A stretch of 5,815 nt of DNA from an uncultured archaeon (GTDB taxonomy: Archaea; Iainarchaeota; Iainarchaeia; Iainarchaeales; 0-14-0-20-30-16): NCBI GenBank assembly GCA_964565125.1, contig CAZMCX010000052.1, forward strand, positions 1 to 5,815. The letters are read 5' to 3'. Under the pieces are notes generated by a model that did not search any database, was not told where the DNA came from, and saw only the letters and a list, made by a program, of their open reading frames with translations. This document shows, piece by piece, positions 1 to 4,004 of the stretch. The stretch's first letter is position 1. The number at the start of each line of letters is the position of its first letter. The position numbers and the translations under genes were made by a program.

Positions 1-8
1 TGATTTTT

Positions 9-914
9 ATGAGTAATTTAATGTTGAAGTATAAGAAAATTTTGGAGAGAAACAAAATAAAACTTCACCCCCTTGTGTGGATTGCAATCGCAGTATTATT
101 TGGTATTGTTGGGGCGGTATTTGTTACTTTACTTGTTGGGAATTATGTTTTTGCAGCAGTAACTTTAATTGCAATAGCAGATATAATAATTGGTTTGCCC
201 ATTTATGTTGAAAACAAAAGAACCGCCCAGATTGAAAAGTTTTTTCCATCAGCATTAAGAGAAATGAGCGATATTTTAAAAAGCGGTGGAACTTACGAGT
301 ATGCTTTAAGAGAAGTTTCACTTATAGATTATGGGCCATTGACCAAAGAATTAAATAAAATTCTGCGGAGATTAGAAGATGGTGCTAATTTTGAAGATGC
401 TTTTTCATCAATAAACGAAAATGTTGATTCCTCGTTAATAAAAAAAGTTGTTATAATTATTTTAGATTCTGTTAGGGCCGGCGCCGGTTTGGCAGATGTT
501 TTAGATGAAATTGCGGAGGATGCAAGAAATTTGTACAAGTTACAGCAAGAAAGGAAAGCAAAAACTACAATGCAAGTTTTATTTATTGCTGCAGCAGGTT
601 CAGTAATTGCGCCCGCAATATTTGGATTAGTTAATACTTTGAGTTCATTTTTAGTAGAAGTATCTACAAGTACGGGGATGGTAGAATCCGTAAAAGAGAT
701 TGCTGCGGCCGTTTATGCTGGAGACATAATTTATAATGTCCTGTTATTTTATTTGTTTTTTGAGTCTCTAATTTCAAGTGTAATAATTGCTTATATGAGG
801 GACAAGAACGCATCAAAAGCATTGCTTTATTTCCCCTTATTTGTGTTTGTTGGGTTTATAATCTTCTTTTTAGCAAAGTATGCTACAAAGGTGATGCTTG
901 CAGGCATGATTTAA
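9..914 (+). CDS. T2SSF-domain polytopic membrane protein (TadB/TadC- or FlaJ/PilC-like platform subunit of a type IV pilus/archaellum-type assembly system)
   Basis: A 301-codon ORF in AT-rich DNA, where stop codons are frequent. Hydrophobic helices lie at about aa 20-66. They are followed by a soluble segment, FPSALREMSDILKSGGTYEYALREVS...GPLTKELNKILRRLEDGANFEDAF...VRAGAGLADVLDEIAEDARN, which matches the T2SSF domain pattern by eye. About three further C-terminal TM helices follow. TGA at nt 1-3, only 5 nt before the ATG, suggests a co-transcribed upstream gene. ATG at 21 is an alternative start. Confidence 0.8.
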   Translation: MSNLMLKYKKILERNKIKLHPLVWIAIAVLFGIVGAVFVTLLVGNYVFAAVTLIAIADIIIGLPIYVENKRTAQIEKFFPSALREMSDILKSGGTYEYALREVSLIDYGPLTKELNKILRRLEDGANFEDAFSSINENVDSSLIKKVVIIILDSVRAGAGLADVLDEIAEDARNLYKLQQERKAKTTMQVLFIAAAGSVIAPAIFGLVNTLSSFLVEVSTSTGMVESVKEIAAAVYAGDIIYNVLLFYLFFESLISSVIIAYMRDKNASKALLYFPLFVFVGFIIFFLAKYATKVMLAGMI

Positions 915-943
915 ATAATCATAGAATTATGTGGTATTGCAAA

Positions 944-960
944 AGGCATATATAATGCCT
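944..960 (+). promoter_or_regulatory. Archaeal-type TATA box (TATATAA, 949-955) embedded in a perfect dyad AGGCAT-ATATA-ATGCCT; putative promoter of the thyA-like gene
   Basis: The TATA core is centred at about nt 952, 26 nt upstream of the ATG at 978. A purine-rich AAAAGG lies immediately upstream and is BRE-like. No Shine-Dalgarno motif lies before the ATG. The 6-bp arms are exact reverse complements. Confidence 0.5.
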
Positions 961-977
961 ATATCTAATATAATTAT

Positions 978-2330
978 ATGCCTTCGATTGTGAATAATTG
1001 GCCATTATATTTTAAGGACATACTAATTGTAAAAAATAAAGAACACAATGTTGGTGTTGTTACACTTTGGTCTAAGCCCGAATTTTTTGAAAAATTAAAT
1101 TGTAATACTGTCGGGACTTGTTATTCTATCGAAGGAATAAAATATATTTTACGAAATCTGGCAGGCAATACAAATATAAGATACCTTATTTTATGTGGCA
1201 CAGATTTATCAAAAACAGGGGAATTATTAAAGGAACTATTTGCCGGAAAATACAATATTGTAATATCTGACTTTTCTTTTGAAGATCTGGAAAGAATTAC
1301 CACAAATGTGGAACTAGTAGATATGATTGAAAATACAAACCCCAGTGAGGTACAAGAAAAAATAAATTCTCTTTCTGTAAAACAAGCATATGGCGAAGCA
1401 AAAGAGATAATAGTAAAAGAAAAATCACACTCCAAAAAGCCAAGTGAAAAAACTGGATTTGTAATCCGTGAAAAGAATATTGCGGATGCCTGGCTTAATG
1501 CTTTAAAATTGATAAAAGAGTATGGTATTGAGAAAAAAACAGCATATGGAATTGGCTCTTTAGAGATAATGAATTTAGTTACAGTTACAAATGAGCTAGA
1601 AGAAAGGCATGTTCCTAAATTTATGCAAATAACTAAAAAGCAAATAAAAGATTATGAAGATCAGATTTGTACTGGAAAACAAATAAAGTCTGTGGAATAC
1701 ACCTATGGCCAGAGGCTTTGTACGTACTTTATGTATGACCAGATAAAATGGGCAATAAATCAGCTAAAAATAGACAAAGATGGACGGCGGATTTTTTTGA
1801 CTCTCTGGGATCCACACAAGGACAAAGATTCGTCATTGCCGCCTTGTTTGGATTCAATCCAATTTTTAGTACAAAATAATTTTCTTTACATGACTGCTTA
1901 CTTTAGATCGCACGACATCTTTGGCGCGTACCATTTAAATGTTTTTGGTCTTAGAAAAATGCAAGAAATAGTTGCAAAAGAATCGGATTTGGATATCGGT
2001 GAATTAACTACAATAAGTTGTTCTGCGCATATATATTATAATGATATTCCTGCTGCAGAGGAGATTTTGAAATGGAACTATACCCTAAAATGTATTCCAG
2101 ACCCAAGAGGATATTTTTTTATTGAAGTTAAAGATAAAATTTATGCAAAATATTTGAATAATAGTGGAATTCCAGTAAAGACTTATTCTGGCGAAACCGC
2201 AAAGGAAGTTTATAATCAGATACTTTTAGATTTTGCAGTGTCCCAATTATCGCACGCATTTTATTTGGGTAAAGAATTATCAAGTGCCGAGAATGCACTA
2301 AAAACTGGAAAAAAGTATGTCCAGACATAA
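978..2330 (+). CDS. thyA: Thymidylate synthase-like protein (ThyA family, archaeal/methanogen-type core) with an MtrA-like N-terminal module and a DUF4346-like C-terminal tail
   Basis: The ThyA hallmark blocks are visible:
- YGQR.
- DQIKWAINQLKIDKDGRRIFLTLWDP.
- LPPC(290)LDSIQFLV, with the Cys codon at nt 1845-1847.
- YFRSHDIFGAYHLNVFG.
- SAHIYYN.

The N-terminal segment WP...VGVVTLWS...GTCYSIEGIKYILRNLAGNTNIRYLILCGTDLSKTGELL resembles MtrA (WP...TCGS...[38 protein letters not shown]).

The C-terminal segment DPRGYFFIEV...LSHAFYLGKELSSAENALKTGKKYVQ resembles the DUF4346 signature. Confidence 0.9.
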   Translation: MPSIVNNWPLYFKDILIVKNKEHNVGVVTLWSKPEFFEKLNCNTVGTCYSIEGIKYILRNLAGNTNIRYLILCGTDLSKTGELLKELFAGKYNIVISDFSFEDLERITTNVELVDMIENTNPSEVQEKINSLSVKQAYGEAKEIIVKEKSHSKKPSEKTGFVIREKNIADAWLNALKLIKEYGIEKKTAYGIGSLEIMNLVTVTNELEERHVPKFMQITKKQIKDYEDQICTGKQIKSVEYTYGQRLCTYFMYDQIKWAINQLKIDKDGRRIFLTLWDPHKDKDSSLPPCLDSIQFLVQNNFLYMTAYFRSHDIFGAYHLNVFGLRKMQEIVAKESDLDIGELTTISCSAHIYYNDIPAAEEILKWNYTLKCIPDPRGYFFIEVKDKIYAKYLNNSGIPVKTYSGETAKEVYNQILLDFAVSQLSHAFYLGKELSSAENALKTGKKYVQT

Positions 2331-2349
2331 CCTTTATATATTTCACAGG

Positions 2350-2360
2350 TTATATATAAA
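2350..2360 (+). promoter_or_regulatory. Archaeal-type TATA box (TTATATATAAA), putative promoter of the coiled-coil protein gene
   Basis: The core TATATAAA (2353-2360) is centred about 27-28 nt upstream of the ATG at 2384. It is preceded by AGG, as in the 944-960 promoter. There is no Shine-Dalgarno motif. The spacing fits the ATG at 2384 much better than the GTG at 2375. Confidence 0.5.
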
Positions 2361-2383
2361 TAGAAATTTTTTATGTGGTCGGT

Positions 2384-3265
2384 ATGGATAGATTGCCTAG
2401 AGATAAAAAATCAAGAGAAAACTTAGAAAAAGTTAAAAATTTACAAAACAAGTTTTTAAATGAATTTACTGTGTTAGAAAAAGAAGAAAAAAAAGAAAAC
2501 TCTAACAAGTTTAAAAAAGAACTAAGAAAATTAAACAAACGGATTTCAGAAAAGAACAAGAAGCATATAAAATCAGTTGAATTAGGAAAAAAAGAAGTAA
2601 ACAAAACAAAAAAGCTTTTAACAAAAAATGAAAAACGGTTAAAAGCAAAAAACAAGAAAATGTATATTATTGCTGCAAAAAAGAAAGAAGCAGAGAACAT
2701 ATTGCAGGAAACAAAACTTGCAATAAAAGATTTAGAACAATTATTAAAACAAAAAGATGAAACAATACATCATTTGAGGCATAAGTTAGAATATGATGCA
2801 CACATAGAAACAACGCATTTAAAAGAGAAATTAATAAAAGCAGAACAAAAACTAAAAGAGAACCAATTAGAGCTTGTAAAAAAAGATACAGTAATAGAAC
2901 TATTAGAAAAACCAGAATTTGATTATTCTCAGTTAGTAAACTTTGACATCAGAAATATAAAAACCAGGCACGTAGGTTATCCAGAAGTTGCCCAACTTGA
3001 AGAAATAACTTTTTCACTACAGAACATCATTTCTGAGCCAATAAAAGACATAGTTTGTGATATTGTTGTTGAGAACCCCAATAGAAAATTTGAAATAGAC
3101 AACTTGCAGGTAAAAAATAACCTTAATCCAAAAGAAAAAATGGTAAAAACAATCCATCTTTATAAACACCTAAAAACAAGGGGTCTATTTAAGGTAACTG
3201 TTTGGATAAAACAAAAAGGTCAAAAGGTTGCGTTAGTTGAACAAAGCAAAACAATCAACATATAA
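2384..3265 (+). CDS. Hypothetical lysine-rich coiled-coil protein with a beta-rich C-terminal domain (no recognisable family)
   Basis: A long uninterrupted ORF in AT-rich DNA. The ORF track starts it at GTG 2375; I prefer the in-frame ATG at 2384 because of the TATA spacing. The first ~190 aa are K/E/N/L-rich with heptad-like periodicity. By my count, about 30% of the first ~105 residues are lysine. The last ~105 aa alternate hydrophobic and polar residues like beta strands (ITFSLQNI, IVCDIVVEN, KFEIDNLQV, MVKTIHLY, LFKVTVWIK, KVALVEQSKTINI). There is no signal peptide and no TM helix. Confidence 0.7.
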   Translation: MDRLPRDKKSRENLEKVKNLQNKFLNEFTVLEKEEKKENSNKFKKELRKLNKRISEKNKKHIKSVELGKKEVNKTKKLLTKNEKRLKAKNKKMYIIAAKKKEAENILQETKLAIKDLEQLLKQKDETIHHLRHKLEYDAHIETTHLKEKLIKAEQKLKENQLELVKKDTVIELLEKPEFDYSQLVNFDIRNIKTRHVGYPEVAQLEEITFSLQNIISEPIKDIVCDIVVENPNRKFEIDNLQVKNNLNPKEKMVKTIHLYKHLKTRGLFKVTVWIKQKGQKVALVEQSKTINI

Positions 3266-3266
3266 A
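3259..3266 (+). promoter_or_regulatory. TATA-like box (CATATAAA) overlapping the stop codon of the preceding gene; putative promoter of the M50 protease gene
   Basis: The TATAAA core (3261-3266) contains the TAA stop at 3263-3265. It is centred about 25-26 nt upstream of the ATG at 3289. There is no Shine-Dalgarno motif. Confidence 0.4.
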
Positions 3267-3268
3267 CC

Positions 3269-3288
3269 TTTTTTTCTTATTATTTTTT
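3269..3288 (+). terminator. Oligo-T tracts (T7 at 3269-3275, T6 at 3283-3288), archaeal-type termination signal for the coiled-coil protein gene
   Basis: Two T runs begin 4 nt after the TAA stop. Oligo-T on the non-template strand is the established archaeal RNA polymerase termination signal. Confidence 0.45.
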
Positions 3289-3879
3289 ATGCCTCGCATA
3301 AAACCTGAATTATTACATATTCTTATTGCTTGGATAGTAATCAGCCTTGCTTTTGCATGGCGGGGTTTTTCAAACTTTTCTGCATTTTATTTAATTTTGC
3401 CAATTGTCTTGTTAGCAGCAGGAACTGGTTTTATAATCCACGAATTAAGTCACAAATTTGTTGCAATCCATTATAATGCAAAAGCGCGATTTGTTATGTG
3501 GCCGCATGGGCTTGTATTTGCAATAGCATTGGCATTAATTTTCGGCGGGGGTTTTGTGTTTGCAGCACCCGGTGCAGTTTATATCTGGGGCAAAGATTTA
3601 TCTAGAAAAGAAAATGGAATAATTTCTGTTGCAGGCCCAGTTTCAAATTTGGTTATGGCAATTTTGTTTTTTATTCTTAGGCTAATAATATTTCCTTTTT
3701 ATATAAGCCCATTTTTAGTTAATTTGTTTTTTAATATAATTAGTGTGAACCTATTCTTGGGGCTATTTAATTTATTGCCAATTCCACCTTTAGATGGATA
3801 TAAAGTATTAGTTTGGAATAAGCTAGTTTGGGCAGTTCTTTTGGTTATCTTTATTAGGGCTCTTATTTACTTGTTGTGA
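3289..3879 (+). CDS. Site-2 protease family (peptidase M50) intramembrane zinc metalloprotease, minimal form
   Basis: A 196-aa, almost entirely hydrophobic protein. The HExxH motif IIHELSHKF (HELSH at nt 3439-3453) lies in a TM helix. The AGPVSN motif is present. The NLLPIPPLDG motif carries the third-ligand Asp at nt 3793-3795. No PDZ or CBS domain is present. Confidence 0.9.
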   Translation: MPRIKPELLHILIAWIVISLAFAWRGFSNFSAFYLILPIVLLAAGTGFIIHELSHKFVAIHYNAKARFVMWPHGLVFAIALALIFGGGFVFAAPGAVYIWGKDLSRKENGIISVAGPVSNLVMAILFFILRLIIFPFYISPFLVNLFFNIISVNLFLGLFNLLPIPPLDGYKVLVWNKLVWAVLLVIFIRALIYLL

Positions 3880-3887
3880 AGAAAGTT
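3874..3887 (+). repeat. Direct repeat copy 1 (TTGTGAAGAAAGTT), overlapping the TGA stop of the M50 gene
   Basis: An exact 14-nt match to 3950-3963, 76 nt apart start to start. Confidence 0.85.
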
Positions 3888-3910
3888 GTTTCTAAAAAGA
3901 GAAACAATTT
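3883..3910 (+). other. Stem-loop AAGTTGTTTCT-AAAAAG-AGAAACAATTT immediately after the M50 stop
   Basis: Eight contiguous Watson-Crick pairs (3886-3893 with 3900-3907) are extended by one G-T/U pair and two A-T pairs. The loop is 6 nt. Confidence 0.6.
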
Positions 3911-3923
3911 CAGCGCCCTAAAT

Positions 3924-3951
3924 TAATTTGCGAAAGCAAATTACATTTTTT
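3924..3951 (+). terminator. Hairpin TAATTTGC-GAAA-GCAAATTA followed by CA and T6; intrinsic-terminator-like element ending the M50 transcription unit
   Basis: A perfect 8-bp stem (3924-3931 with 3936-3943) carries a GAAA (GNRA-type) tetraloop. A T6 run follows at 3946-3951. Confidence 0.5.
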
Positions 3952-3963
3952 GTGAAGAAAGTT
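3950..3963 (+). repeat. Direct repeat copy 2 (TTGTGAAGAAAGTT), just upstream of the ligase promoter
   Basis: An exact 14-nt match to 3874-3887. Confidence 0.85.
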
Positions 3964-3972
3964 AGGGATACG

Positions 3973-3984
3973 GGTATTTATACC
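3973..3984 (+). promoter_or_regulatory. TATA-like box (TTTATA, 3977-3982) embedded in the dyad GGTAT-TT-ATACC; putative promoter of the DNA ligase gene
   Basis: The TATA core is centred about 25-26 nt upstream of the ATG at 4005. The 5-bp arms are exact reverse complements. There is no Shine-Dalgarno motif. Confidence 0.45.
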
Positions 3985-4004
3985 TATTTTTCTTTATATT
4001 ATAT

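Noticed and set aside
475-487. 13-nt all-G/C run GGGCCGGCGCCGG containing the perfect 10-bp palindrome CCGGCGCCGG, striking in AT-rich DNA
   Set aside because: It encodes Arg-Ala-Gly-Ala-Gly within the conserved T2SSF domain, so amino-acid constraint largely explains it. The GC-rich codon choice is unusual, but a single instance cannot be distinguished from chance. It would only become interesting if the palindrome recurs genome-wide.
124-538. Minus-strand ORFs 124-321 (65 aa) and 329-538 (69 aa) inside the T2SSF gene
   Set aside because: They are fully nested antisense to a gene with clear family signatures. They have no recognisable motifs and no promoter or start context, and are short enough to arise by chance opposite a real CDS.
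929-955. 8-codon micro-ORF (MWYCKRHI) in the T2SSF/thyA spacer
   Set aside because: It is too short to support and has no translation signal. It overlaps the TATA/dyad element, which explains the sequence better.
1121-2346. Minus-strand ORFs 1121-1435 (104 aa) and 2128-2346 (72 aa) antisense to the thyA-like gene
   Set aside because: They are nested antisense to a strongly supported CDS. Their sequences are S/F/I-rich shadow-frame products with no motifs.
2327-2353. 7-bp inverted repeat ATAACCT ... AGGTTAT with a 13-nt loop after the thyA-like stop
   Set aside because: The stem is short and AT-rich with a large loop, so it would be marginally stable as RNA. Its 3' arm is simply the BRE/TATA junction of the next promoter. 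I mention it only as a weak parallel to the TATA dyads.
2375-2383. GTG at 2375 as the start of the coiled-coil protein (ORF-track start)
   Set aside because: An in-frame ATG follows 9 nt later at 2384. The TATA box at 2353-2360 would be only about 18 nt from 2375 but about 27 nt from 2384. This cannot be excluded without 5' end or N-terminal peptide data.
2487-2494. A8 and several A6-A7/T7 homopolymers in coding sequence (e.g. 1533-1539, 1792-1798, 2114-2120, 2487-2494, 2587-2593) as possible slippage or phase-variation sites
   Set aside because: These are expected from Lys (AAA) and Phe (TTT) codon usage in an AT-rich genome. All reading frames are intact and nothing indicates programmed frameshifting.
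2371-2700. Minus-strand 109-aa ORF, extremely Phe/Ser-rich
   Set aside because: It is a mirror artefact of the lysine-rich + strand gene: AAA/AAG/GAA codons read as TTT/CTT/TTC on the other strand. It is open only because poly-purine sequence lacks reverse-strand stops.
3874-3963. C/D-box sRNA hypothesis: both copies of the direct repeat contain GTGAAGA, one mismatch from the C-box consensus RUGAUGA
   Set aside because: There is no CUGA D or D' box on the + strand between or after the two copies. The only CTGA is on the minus strand (complement of TCAG at about 3910-3913), with no matching C box there. The spacing of 76 nt between the putative C boxes does not fit the C/D' /C'/D layout.
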